Shown here piece after piece: positions 27,549-40,472 of a DNA stretch of 49,799 bases. The notes under the pieces were generated by a model. The model was not told the DNA's origin. It worked only from the letters and a program-made list of their open reading frames with translations, and did not search any database. Source of the stretch: Malacoraja senta (Eukaryota). The DNA lies in assembly GCA_038087875.1 (NCBI GenBank), contig JAXLNO010000472.1, forward strand, positions 1-49,799. Reading direction: 5' to 3'. Both the position numbers and the translations under genes were made by a program. Within the stretch, counting starts at the first letter, position 1. Each line of letters begins with the position of its first letter.

Positions 27549-28369
27549 TAGTACTGTGACCCACAAACATGGCATCTTCTTCTGCACAGTTTCCCTCTTG
27601 ATTAACTCTGCTCTTATCCATTCTCCCTCTGGGCAGAGGACGAATAGAGTTCCCTGGATCATCATTTCCACCCCACCAGCCTCTCCTTTCCAGGAAACAC
27701 CCATCACATTATCTGACAGCTTCAAAAATATTCCACCAGCAGACACTCATTCACCTACTGTAGAAGAAAAAAATAAAATCTTCATTTACTTAATTTTGAT
27801 TGGAATTAAACAAGGTAACGAAGGGTTGTGCGGAAGTGGCAATTGGCATCTCTCGTTGACCAGGTGCAGAAGAAGATCATGGGAATTTGGCAAAACAAGT
27901 TTCAGACGCATTATCTTTGGTTTGGGAATGCGTAGCATGGTGAATAAAGCACAACAAATTAGGACATAGATAAGGAAGCCTGTTTCTCAGTGGAAAGTTA
28001 CTGAATGCTGGATCACAATAGTTAACCCTGTAATGTCATTAACTATTGTGATCAAAAACACAACAGCAATAGCTGGATAGTCTACCCGCCCCCCTATCTC
28101 TAGTAGCGCAGAAACGTTGCAGTGAATAAGATTAACATAAACAAAAAGTCTATTATGATCAATTAAATAATTAATACCAATGTGGTAGATAGTAATAACA
28201 GGAAAACATATTGCCAAGGACGATGTATATGTTTGTTCAAAATAAAGTTGTTTACTGCACTGTATAATTGTTGGCTAATTCTGCTGCAAAGACAGGGAAC
28301 CAGTGAGCAGTTAACTGTCACCATCTCTCCATGATATCATGCAATAAAGCTTCGTGAAGCTAACCTCGA

Positions 28370-28715
28370 AGACTCCGTTTTTCCTTTAATTTTCCTCTGT
28401 CAATTTCCGACACCTACCCATCCTTTCAGGATTACAAGGGATCACTCCAGAGAAGATGCAACAACTGTCCTTTCCCCTCTTCCCTTTCGACCATCAAGGA
28501 ACCGAAACAGACTTTCCAAGTCGAGCAGTGATTCACTTGCACTTCTAACCTAATGTACTGCATTCAGTGTTCACAATGTAGTTATCTCCACACTGGAGAA
28601 ACCAAATGCAGACTGGGTGATCACTTTGCAGAGCACCTGCTTGTAGCCTGTAGGAGTAATCCCGAGCTTCCACTTGCCTGAAGCTTTACTTCCCCATCCT
28701 ACTCCCATTCTGAGA
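28370..28715 (+). mobile_element. Penelope-like element GIY-YIG endonuclease remnant
   Basis: PKQTFQVEQ*FTCT / SNLMYCIQCSQCSYLHTGETKCRLGDHFAEHL resembles the PLE motif xYxIxCxxCxxxYIGETxRxLxxRxxEH. Confidence 0.75.
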
Positions 28716-28861
28716 ACCCCCAGACTGTTAAAATTTCTGCACTAAAATAATTGTAAATATTTGGACTTTGTGCCCCTGAAGGCTACTGAGATTATTTCAT
28801 AATTGAGATGGGTGGATTTTTGGACACAAAAGGAATGAAGGGATAGAGATTACATGGAAGG

Positions 28862-29081
28862 TAGACAAAAATGCTGGAGAAACTCAGCGGGTAAAGCAGC
28901 ATCTATGGAGCGAAGGAATAGGCGACGTTTCGTGTCGAGACCCTTCTTCAGACCTGAAGAAGGGTCTCGACCCGAAAAGTCGCCTATTCCTTCGCACCAT
29001 AGATGCTGCCTCACCCGCTGAGTTTCTCCAGCATTATTGTCTAACTTCGATTTTTCCAGCATATGCAGTTCTTTCTTAAAC
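28862..29081. mobile_element. Palindromic Penelope-derived short element with hammerhead-like cores
   Basis: ~90-bp inverted arms centred near 28952; core ctgaagaagggtctcgacccgaaa. Confidence 0.8.
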
Positions 29082-29904
29082 ACGAGGATATATGGAGATC
29101 AGTTGTCTTTCTAAATGGTTCAGCAGGCTTAAAGAGCTATATGGACTCATCTTGACTGTTTCTAGTTCTCATAAGTAGCCAATGTGATGTGATTTGCATC
29201 ATTTCTCCATTGTGAGAGTGATTATGTTAACTAAAAAGTCAAATTATAACTTTTGCTAATTTAAGTTTGATACTTTTTGCAAAACTTTGATACTTTTTGC
29301 CTCTTCCATAAAAATTGCAGGTCAGTGACCCTGACCACTATTTAATTACCACCTGATACAAACGCTTGGAATATTTATTTTAGCAATTACTTCCAAAATA
29401 AAATATCTTTAAAAAAAACTGATATATAACTTCTTATTAAAAAGTGACCGAACAAAATTCTTGATTTCCACTTTCTGCACAAAATTGACCGCAACAGGTT
29501 AATTCCATACATCGCTGTAATCTCAAATATCAATTATTTAATAGAAGTCCTTGCGTGTCAATGTAGTTAACGGTCCCAGGCACTTCACAGAGAAAATAAA
29601 TAAAATACAACTTTATATTTAGCAATGCAAGATAGTATTATGGCAGAAGTCCAAAGGCTGGGTTACAGAGAAAGATATCAGGAAGTATATTCAAGGAGGG
29701 ATTAGAGATACACAAACACAGTGTCAGAGTTTAGAATTAAGGGAGTTGAAAGTATTTCCGACAGTGATAGAGCGGGGTGGGAGATTGCAACCTTCACGTG
29801 GTCCACCCTGTTTCAACTAATTCACAATGACGTGCACAAACAAGATCCAATAGAACAAGTTGACCTACAACTTTAGGCTGTGCACGCCATATGCAAGAAG
29901 TGAT

Positions 29905-30135
29905 AGAGTTGGTAGGCCACGAGGGGGCGAAGATGCGACATGGAGAAAAGACGCATCTCCGTCCAGGTAAGTGACGGAGAAACCGTTTCCCCCTATTCCC
30001 CCCCAGCACCCCCCACATAAGACATACTGAGAAACATTAAAACATACATTTAGACGCACTAAAAATAACAAAAAAGGCGAAAGGACTGACGAGCTGCTGG
30101 CGAGGCAGCCACTACGGTGGTGCCATCCGATGGAA
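29905..30135 (-). mobile_element. 5' fragment of the GC-rich non-autonomous family
   Basis: Reverse complement resembles 23650-23870 and 34180-34340. Confidence 0.6.
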
Positions 30136-31228
30136 GACTTTCAATGCAGGCTTTCAGTGCAATCCCATCAGTCTCATTTGCTCTTTTATTTCCTCGTAAA
30201 CCATTTTCTCTCTATGTCATCAACACCTTTGCCAGCCCCTCCCCCTCCCCCCAACCCAAAATATCGCATCAGTAAATTACACATGGAGTAACTATTTGCA
30301 GCAGCCAATTAACCAAACAGCTATCATTTCTTTGGGATATGGGATTACACCAGAGTACCCGCACAGTGTAAACTCCACACAGACAGCACAGGGAGTGAAA
30401 ATAAAACTGGGTTACGAGACAGGAAAACAGCAGCACAACCTGTTGTGCCATGAAGGGGTAGAACTGTGGATGACTGTGGCACTGGATAAGATCACCGAAT
30501 ATATATTAATTTGTAAAAAAGTTTATAAAAATCTTAAAATGTACGCATTATATCAGGAGCAAAAGAAGGTCAGCAGGTTTAGGAGCAATGCTTGAATGAG
30601 ACGTGTAAATTAGGATATACACAGCAAAGATTGGGTTGTCCTCATTTGTAAAATAAGAGGCCAGTCAGCTGAACTGGAATGGTTAAATGCAAGGATGACA
30701 TGCATAAGAAAGGAGTTCAGCAGTGGGCCAGGCTGAGTATAACGTTACGCGAGCAGGTGACAGGTTATTTTTTAATGTATTCCTTTTTCAGGATATGGGT
30801 GTCACTGGCAAGGATAGTATTTACAACATAGAACAGTACAGCAATGGAATAGGCCCTTTGACTGTCAATACCTATGCTGAAAATGATGGCAAGTTAAATC
30901 GATCTCCTCTGCCTCCCTGCATATCCATCTACCTACTGTATGTAAAACCCAAGCAAATATCACTGTCACATCTGTTTCCACTACCAACCCTAGCCGTGCA
31001 TTCCAAGCACCCACTACTCTGTGTAAAACTCGCCATGCACATTTCCTTTAAAGTTTCTCCCTCTGACATTAAAGCTATGCCCTCTAGTCTTTGACATTTC
31101 CACCCCTGGGCAAAGATGACCAGGTATCCATGCCTCTCATTAATTTATGTACTTCCAGGAGGTTTCCCTTCAATTTCTGACACTCCAAAGAAAACAGTTC
31201 AAGTTTGTCCAACCTCTCCTTGCAGCTT

Positions 31229-31461
31229 AGACACAAAATGTTGGAGTAACTCAGCAGGACAGCCAGTATGCCTGGAGAGAAGGAATGGGTGACGTTTCGG
31301 GTTGAGACCCTTCTTCAGATGTCTTCACGTCTGAAGAAGGGTCTCGACCCGAAACGTCACCCATTCCTTCTCTCCAGAGATGCTGCCAGTCCCGTTGAGT
31401 TACTCCAACATTTTGTGTCTATTTTCAATTTAAACCAGTATCTGCAGTTCCTTCCTACACA
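31229..31461. mobile_element. Palindromic Penelope-derived short element inserted in an old CR1
   Basis: Inverted arms; intact core ctgaagaagggtctcgacccgaaacgtc at 31331-31358. Confidence 0.8.
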
Positions 31462-31699
31462 TAGCTAATGTCCTCTTATCTAAATGGCATTTTTCTTTAA
31501 AAAACACACACAAAAGTGCTGGAGAAATTCAGCAGGCAGGCATGCAGGCAGCATCATTGCAGAACATGGGTAGGTGCCACTTTAGGTCAGGGCCCTTCTT
31601 CAGACGGATTATAGTAGGGGAGAAAGCTGGAAGAGACTTGGAGTTAGATAAACAGGCAGGAGACAGGCAGATAGAGGTGAGGGATGTATTCATGTTCAA

Positions 31700-32450
31700 A
31701 ATTCATAGGAGCAGAATTAGGTCATTTGGCCAATCTAGTCTACTCCACTATTTAATCATGGCTGATCTATCTTTCCCCAACCCCATTCTCCTGCCTTCTC
31801 CCCATAAAGTTTGACAACCTTACTAATCAAGAATTTGTCAATATCGGCTTTAAAAATACCCGATGGCTTGGCCTCCACAGCTATTTGGGGCAATTAATTC
31901 CACTGTCTGACTAAAGAAATTCCTTCTTATCTCCTTTCTAAAAGGCACATCATTTTATCCTGAGCCTGTGCCCTCTGGTCCTAGACTCACCCACCAGGGG
32001 AAACATCCTCTTCACATCCACTCCATGCCTTTCACTATTCAGTAAGTTTCAATGTGGTCTCCCCTCATCCTACTAAACTCCAGCGAGCACAGGCCCAGTG
32101 CCTTCAAAGGCTCATCATACATTAACCCAATCATTCCGGCGATCATTCTCATAAACCTCCTCTGGACCCTCTCCAACACCAGCACATCCTTCCTCAGTTG
32201 CAGCGCCCAAATCTGCTCACAATGTTCCAAATACACTTACCAGTGTCTTATAAAGGCACAGCATTACATCCCTGTTTTTATATTCTAGTCCTTTCAAAAT
32301 AAATACTAACATTCCTTACTACCGATTTTACTTGCAAATTAACCTTTCGAGAATCCTGCACTAGCATTCCCAAGTCCCTTTGCACCTCCGATTTCTGAGT
32401 CCTCTCCCCATTTAGAAAATAGTCTGCACTTTTAGGTTTACTAAAATACA
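31700..32450 (-). mobile_element. CR1 3' portion
   Basis: LEHCEQIWALQLRKDVLVLERVQRRF; YFLNGERTQKSEVQRDLG. Confidence 0.85.
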
Positions 32451-32760
32451 CCTTTAGTATTGGTAATGGAAAATTACCAATAATAATTGGTATTCCTATT
32501 CCCAAAGCATATGACTGCACATGTAGCTATGCTGTATTCTTGTAAACCTCTTCTATATCCCCTCCAAAGCCGCCACATCCTTCCTGTAATGAGGTGACAA
32601 GAATTGCACACAATACTCCAAATGTGGCCTCAATGTTTAATGAAGTTGCAACATGACATCCTGACTCTCAAACTCGTTCTTTTTGAGATCAAAGATGTCA
32701 CCGATATTATAATTCACGTGAACAGCATTTGAGATGTCAGAGAAGGGATGGAGTTAATAA

Positions 32761-33395
32761 CAGCGCAGTGGCATAGCGGTACAGATGCTGCCTTACAGCG
32801 TTAGAGAGCCACGTTTGATCCTGACTATGGATGCTGTCTGTACGGAGTTTGTACATTAATGTTAAAGCCGCGGGACATTCCAGCGCCCACCGGGGCTCCA
32901 ACTTTGTGACTTTTTGGGCCCGGAGCGAAGCTGTATACCGCCCGGCGCGGCCTCAACGGCCGTGGGACTTAACATTGCCCGCCTGGGGCTTCAACATCGG
33001 GAGAAAAATGGTGCAGGGGAGAGAAATGACTTTGCCTTCCATCACAGTGAGGAGGAGATTCACTGTGATGGATGTTTTTCTGTAAATTGAATTGTTTGTG
33101 TGTCGTGTAAGAATTGTTTTGTTTGTATGGCTGTGGAAACGGAGTTTCGTTTGAGCCTCTTTGAGGTTCAAATGACAAGAAATAAAATCAAATTCTCCCA
33201 GTAACCGCATAGGTTTTCTCCAGGTGCTCTGGTTTCCTCCCACACTCCAAAATGTACTGGACAGTAGATTAATAGGCTTTGGTAAAATTATAAATCGTCC
33301 CTAGTGGGTAGGATAGTGTTAGTGTACGGGGTGATCGCTGGTCAGCGCCGACTCAGTGGGCCAAAGACATGTTTGCGCACTGTATCTCGAAAGTA
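32761..33395 (+). mobile_element. V-SINE interrupted by a GC-rich family 3' fragment (32858-33192)
   Basis: tRNA-like head at 32761-32857 resumes as ttctcccagtaaccgcataggttttctccagg at ~33193. Confidence 0.75.
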
Positions 33396-34164
33396 CAAAA
33401 ATAAAGCTCAGGAATCAAGTTCACAGAGGAAAGTAAAACCACACCTGGCCTTTCTAATAGGGAGGAAATTTCTGCGTATTGGAGAAGCATTGTGACAAAT
33501 TAGGGAAGCGAAATGAGGGAGGAACGGAAAGCCATTTATGTATTGCGGCAGAAGCAGAAACCTGAGTGGAGGGATTTAAATATAGAATTGCAGCAAACTT
33601 TGCACAGACTTGGGAAGCAAAACCACCACAGACTTTGAAGAGGAAAGGGAGACTAAAAATATGGTCGCTGTTTACAAGTTCAATCTGGTCAACAGTGGAT
33701 TTCTATTTCAAGGACAAAGTTAATTACAGCAGATAGAATGAAAGGGCAACCTTGACTGAGGGAACAAAATCTGCTTGTGAGGACCACGAAGGGATGTTAG
33801 GTGGACAGCAGTTTACTACGAGTAGAGTCAAGAGTGTAGGAGGCGAATCTTTGTGACAAGAATATATTGGGGAGAGCACAAGGAGAGAAATTAGAGAAAG
33901 ATAAGGGTTAAGATTAAGACCATAGGAAATGTCACGGAAATTTAGCCTTGTGACTGGCGATTGGTAGCAGGCATTATCAATAACAGTGACAAAAAATGAA
34001 GTACTCAAATGTTACTGGAGGTGAGGAATAGAGGACGATCATGAAGGTGGGAGACATTTTGCAGAATGGATGATAGTGCTTTATTTGTCAAGCTTCTGTC
34101 TATGATACAAATTTGCCTGCCTTGGACTTTGAGCTTGGATCGGAAAAGCACACAGGGAAAGTCA

Positions 34165-34860
34165 AGAGGCTACCACCAGGGGCGCCGTACGTGGCAGCTC
34201 CGCCGGCAGTCTGTTCACTTTTTCATCTTTCAATTTTTTTTAAATGTTTGTTCAAAGTTTGTTTTAATGTTCTTCGGTTTGTCTTATGTGGGGGGTGGGG
34301 GAAGGGGATCGGGGGAAACTTTTTTTCAGGTTCTTACCTTGCTGGAGATGGGATTAATTTTCAGATCGCATTCACTGGGCGCTCAGCGGCCTTCCATCGA
34401 CGGAGCTGGAAGCCTCCTCGGACTGTCGTGAGCCCCACCGCGGGGCGTGGACTTAACATCGGAGCTGATCTCTTGCCTGGGATCGCTCCAACCGAGGCCT
34501 GCGGACTTACCATCAGGAGCTCGCAGTCTCGGGAGAGGCCGAGTCGGGAAGCTCCAACGACGCAGAAGGTTCGACCAGCCCCGACATGAGGTTCGATCGC
34601 CCGGCGCGGGGGAGCTGACACCCCCCCCAATGTGGGAGCTGATCGCCTCGATGTGGAGGACCCAAACGCTGCCGGCTACGGGAGTCAAGATCGTCCCGTC
34701 AACGGAGGGCTCGAGGCCCCCGACCACAGAAGAACAAAGGGAAGGGACTAGAACTATTTCGCCTTCCATCACAGTGAGGAATGTGTAGGTCACTGAGGTG
34801 GATGTTCATGTTAAAATGTGTTTTGGGTGTTTTGTTGCTTTTTATTTGTATGACTGACTT
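34165..34860 (+). mobile_element. GC-rich non-autonomous family copy
   Basis: Same head, core and tail motifs as 23640-24470. Confidence 0.6.
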
Positions 34861-34861
34861 G

Positions 34862-35338
34862 TTCCAAGCAGTTGATTTTGGTAAGCCTAAGGTTTGGCTG
34901 ATGTCTCTACAGTTTTATTATTGTTTCTCAGTCTCATAATGGCTTCTTTGACTTTCTTTGGCACAACTTTGGTCCTCATGTTGATAAACAGCAATAAAAG
35001 TTTCCAAGGCTGGCGGAAAGACTGGAGGAAAGACTAGTGCTGAGAGCTCTCTTATACCTGCATTAAGGAGGCAATTAAACACATCTGAGCAATTACAAAC
35101 GTCTGTGAAGCCATGTGCCCCAAACATTATGGTGCCCTGAAATGGGGGGACTATGTACAAACACAGCTATAATTTCTACATGGTGAAACCAAATTGTATA
35201 AAAATACCCCTTTAATAAAATCTGACAATGTGCACTTTAACCACATGTGATTTTTTCTATTACAAATCTCAAATTGTAGAGTACAGAGGCAAATAAATAA
35301 ATAATGGGTCTTTGTCCCAAGCATTATGGAGGGCACTG
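34862..35338 (-). mobile_element. Tc1 5' part: TIR and transposase N-terminus (MRTKVVPKKVKEAIMRLRNNNKTVETS...)
   Basis: Ends ...gtctttgtcccaagcattatggagggcactg|TA, the reverse complement of the 26347 TIR; ATG at ~34979. Confidence 0.9.
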
Positions 35339-35933
35339 TAAGTTAGCCTCTAAATCATTTATTAGGTTATCAGTTACAACAAAGGTGATGCTTAATAGTA
35401 GCAGGAAAATATAAATTGTGCTACACTTGCAATTCATTTCATAGTTTCCCAACTTCATGTCTTTTATTACACTCCAATTCAAGTGCGAAGGGAACGGATT
35501 ACCCAAACATTCATTGTGGTCCTCTCACTTGCTCAAATACTAAAATATAGAATTATCTAAGATTCTTTCACTATAATGTGTGTAATGAGTGCATTATGCA
35601 ACGTGAAAACACCCTGTAATGATGACTGTGACGTCAAGAATCTTGGGCAATGCATTTACACAATAATGCCCTAGCGCAGCAATAGGGGCACATCCAACGA
35701 TCGCTATGTTACAGGCAAACATCCATTTGGAAATTCAATAGCATTTAAAGCTCAAAGTGTCAGGTGCTACCGAATTTGTAAAAGGAAAGCCTTTCCTTCA
35801 GAAGAAAGCAGTGAGGTTTGGGAACACCAGCAGGTAATTGAGCAGTGGGGAGAAAGGTCCAAAGGTGCTGAGCACCAAAGCCTGTGATCATTTGTCTTGG
35901 AGCTGCAGGTGGTGCATGTTATTCAAGTAAAAG

Positions 35934-36973
35934 TAGGTATGTTACAAAACTTACCTTCAGTCGCGCTGTAATTCTGTCACTGGCCGTGTGCGCGATTTTG
36001 GCGCCTTTAAGGGGGGCGGGGTTAAAACGCGGGTTTCTCCTCCCTTGTCCTGGTTAATATTTTGTTGGAGTACAAGCGTTGGCTGAAGAATCGTTCCTAG
36101 TGGCGTTTTGTGTGTTTTTTATTTTTATTAAATCGTCAATGTCAGCGCTAGAGTAATTTTAAAAGCAGCTCCTGAAGCGTCAACGCCGATAATGGGGACG
36201 GATTTCACACACGGGACAGGTAAACGAAAGTGGTTTCTTTAAATGTATAAAAGTGCTTCTTAAGAAGCCTTTAATTCACATTTTTTCATGCGACACGGTG
36301 ATTTTATTCCCCGAACTAACGGCAGTATTTTTCATGCCAATACGGGGTTAAATTCACCGCAAATGAACGTTCCAAATGATCGCGTTCCAGAAATCCTCAC
36401 TCACAAGATGATTTAAATGCCCATTAATTTACAGGTATTAAACATTCAATTCCTTCCATTTGGCCTGTAAATTCATGAAAATGAGATTTAAAAATTATGT
36501 TATATTGTGAATTATTGTGTGAATGTTATTTGGACACTTAGGCTATTCAAAAATGTTAATCTATTCTTAAGAAATTGATAGATGTTTAGATCTAGTAATT
36601 GAATTTTGTAATTAGCTACAATTAGGTAACTAACTAATTATATGCTTTACTTTCATGTCTTCTAAGTAAGATTGTTTCATATTTGTTTCAGAATGCTTCA
36701 ATCTATAATAACTGAAAATTTCTTTCAGTTATCTTAATTTTTAAGAATGTTATGGGCTTTTAACTGTCCTCGATCACAGCTTTTGTGTTAAGTCAATGGA
36801 AAAGCAATAGGGAACAAGATGCTAATTTCCGAGTATGAAAATGGCCATAACTTCTTTAATACTGAAGATATGAAAGTGAATTAGGTGTCAAATTAAACTT
36901 CTTTTTATGCTTTATCTGATGGGATAAATTGCAGACTTTATTTGTAAAATCTCAAAATTTTGTAACATTGCTA
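35934..36973. mobile_element. ~1040-bp non-autonomous DNA transposon
   Basis: 16-bp imperfect TIR taggtatgttacaaaa / ttttgtaacattgcta (14/16); flanked by gtaaaag direct repeat (35927-35933, 36974-36980). Confidence 0.7.
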
Positions 36974-39900
36974 GTAAAAGGGGCTAATCGAATGATCAGT
37001 GGGTGGATGTGCAGGGAATCATTGAGCAAAAGTCATAAACTTATTTATGATTGTTGAAAGGGTGAAGCAAAGGTGTGAGTGAAGGGTGGTGGCTGAGGGA
37101 GTATGGGGGGTCAATAGAAGGTTGATAAAATAGAGAAAATCCACCTTAATCAGGTTCTTTGCACCCAGATGGAATAAAATCTTGGGCGGAACAGTCCAAG
37201 CAGCAAGTGGAGCTGCTGGCTCACAGCAAATAGAAACCCAGGTTCAATTCTAATCTCGGGCATTTCATGGAATTTTCCTCCAAAAGCTCTATTTCTCTCC
37301 CAAAAGACATAGTTGGTAAATACAGTAAATTGACCACTGTAAATTACCCTTTGTGCATCAGACAGTGGTAGAATCTCAAAGACTGGAGGGGGAGGGGCAG
37401 TTAGGGTTAGGTGCAAAATCAGATGGTGGAATGCTCAACACTTTATCAGGATGAACTTCAGTGATACAAACAACTTTATACCAACCACAGCAAAATAAAT
37501 TATTTGATTAAGACCTCTTTCTACAGTCAATACATTTCATCAAGGCACGCTGTGACACTGAATATACTAAATCAGGCAATCACCCATAAAAATCCAATCA
37601 GCTTGCTGATGTCCTTCACAGAATGAACTTATTACCCCAACTCACCCATAATGCAGCGTCAATTACATGAGAGGCCCCACCAAAAACGGAACATGTGCTA
37701 ACTTTTGGTCTGCATTTAGGAAACATTGCATAAGAACATGAGAAAGACAAAGAGGAGGAGGAGGCTGCTCACTTACTTGAGTCTACTCCATCATTCAACA
37801 AGATCATAACAATTGCCGTTTACACCAAGAAAAATTACCGAGTAACTTTGGAGAGCAAATCTATTAAGTAATGAAAAGCATAGGACTTTTTTTTTTTAAA
37901 TCTTGGGGTCCTAGTGCATGAAACTCAAAGGGTTAGCATGCAGGTATATTTAAAATCAAGTGAGGAAATTCAAAGTGTTTAGTATGGGTGAAGAGTGTTG
38001 ACAACTAATAGAACCAAAATATCCTCTGAAATTGATAGCCTGGACGCTAGTGTTACCTGCTGAATGACTGGAGGTATACAAATGACTTTTGCAGAGCTTC
38101 CATACATAAAAATCAAACACAAGATCTTTGCTTAATTGTATGTGAACATGGGATGCCCGTGTTGAATGCTGGCCTCGCCAGCGTTTTCCCAAGTGCTCTT
38201 CGTGGAATCCAGCAGTGTCAATGGCAGACAAATTGGAATTTATCTCATAGATCAGCACCAAATTTGGATGATCCATCACTGGTTATGAATTGTGAGCAAT
38301 GGTTTAGATCTCCCCCAACTTTCTGTGAAGGGGCAAGTAGAAAGAGTAAGAAAGAAAGTTGAGGGGGGGCAGTGGGCACGAGGAAGAAAGCAAAGATTAA
38401 GATCTATAGGCTAGTTAGCCTGACATCAATGGAAAGTGTTGGAATCTAATACATGGGAGTGTCACTGGCAAGGCCAGCATACATTGTATTGCCCATCCCT
38501 TGTTATCCTTGGCAAGTTGATGGAGAACTGCCTTCTTCATGCTGCATGTTATTTTTTGAGTAATCTGACAATGTACTCGTTAGCTAGTGGATTCATGACT
38601 AGACATGATGAAAGAATGGTAACATTTCCAATAGTGCATGACTGAGAGAAGGACTTGCAGAAGATGATCTTCTTGTGCAGCTGCAGCCTAGGCACTTCTA
38701 CACAGTAGATGTTGTGGGCTTGGAAAGTGCTGCTGTAGAAGGTTTTGCTGGGTGCATCTTGTAGATGGTACACCTTGTGGGAGTGGAGGGACTAAATGTT
38801 TCAGATGGCTAATAGAATGAACACCAATCAAGTGGTTGATTTGTCCAGGATACAGGTTGTCATGGTAACTGACATTGTATTTAAATGTATCACATCTTAC
38901 TAGGAGTCAGAAAGGTCAGAGGGCACCTGTTGCCAGGATGTAAAAGAATGGCAGATGAATAAACCAAAGCATTTAGGTTCCATGTCCTTGAAGTGTGTTT
39001 ATTACATTCAGATCCAGGCGAGGATCTGACACAGGTGAGGCCCTAGTGCTATTCCAATTGCAGTTATCCAGATGAGGAATGAATATTACACTACAGGTTT
39101 ATGTCCTCTATATGGTTGAAAAGCTGTGAGGAATCAGCTGGTGAATCACTTGCTGTAGTGAAATCATAAAGATTTTACAGCACCGAAGGAGACCATGTTG
39201 TTTATACAGCCAAAAATGAAGTTCAGGCTTATCCCAAGTAAAAGTTCAAGTTACATTTATTGTCACATGCGCCAATTGGTACAGTGAAATTTGGGTTACC
39301 GCACAGCAGGGCTGCCAACATTGGGTGCAAGTTGGGAGTGAGAAATTGAGAGACCAAGCCCGATGTCCCCCCTCCCTTTGGTACGGAGCTTTTGCATTTT
39401 TCAGTTTGAAATTGTGCAATCTGGTGCATACTGTAGCGAGTCTTTTAACTTACACTTGAATGCAATATTTATGCTTTAAATTGGATTAGCTATGAATAAG
39501 GTTAGGCCAAATTACATTCCTTATTATATTCCACAGTAGAGCCAGGCTCTGATCAACAGGTGCAGCACATGAATGATCTTAGTATATTCATGTATGGAAT
39601 TCAGATTATAATCAAACACTTGGCCCATGTTGACCAATCTGGGTCTCACTGCACACCTGGTACTACTCCTGACCCTGACTCCAGTTGCACACCTTCTCTT
39701 ATTCCTGACCATGAGTCCAGCCTTACACCTGGCCCCCTATTCTACCCTGATCATAGGTGCTTACCTGCTTAGGTTCCCAGTGCTGAACATTCCCATTGTC
39801 CCAGCTTTGACTGCACACCTAATACTATTCCAGACCTTGACTCTGGATGCACTCTTGGCCTTGCTCCTAGCCCCTCTGCACTGACAATATATCTGGCCCA

Positions 39901-40366
39901 CACATAAAGTCCCATATCTGACCCCTGGACTTAACCTATTACGTTCAAGTCCACAGGTGCTTATCTAATGCGGTAATCTTTTATGGGGCACTTCACAGAC
40001 CAAATTTTGTATAACAAAATTTGCTACATCCATTGGCTTCCTTGTTATCTAACATGTCAGTTACTTTGTCAAATAAGTCATCAATTGGTTGAACACAATT
40101 TCTCATCCATAAAATTGTACTCAGCTGTATAAGTATTATGTTACCATTTCCTTCATTTTCCTAACAAACTGTCCTGAAGTCATTTTCACCCCCAATATTT
40201 TCAGTATTTTGCTGTCTTCCTCTCAGCTGGGACTTTCCCGAAATGCAAAGTCTAACAACTATATATTTAAGCAATATCATTCTATTAAATGTGTTAATAT
40301 GAGAGTACATCATATTTTCTGTGGTATTCATAACAATAAAAAAGATCTTTGTTTTGATTGCACCTA

Positions 40367-40472
40367 CCAACATGCATACATTATTATATTACTTTTAATA
40401 TGTACCGAGGGCAAAAAAAAATTCCAACATGCATACATTATTATATTACATTTAATATGTACCGAGGGCAAA
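40367..40472. repeat. ~57-bp tandem duplication (ccaacatgcatacattattatattac.tttaatatgtaccgagggcaaa)
   Basis: Direct reading, two copies. Confidence 0.9.
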
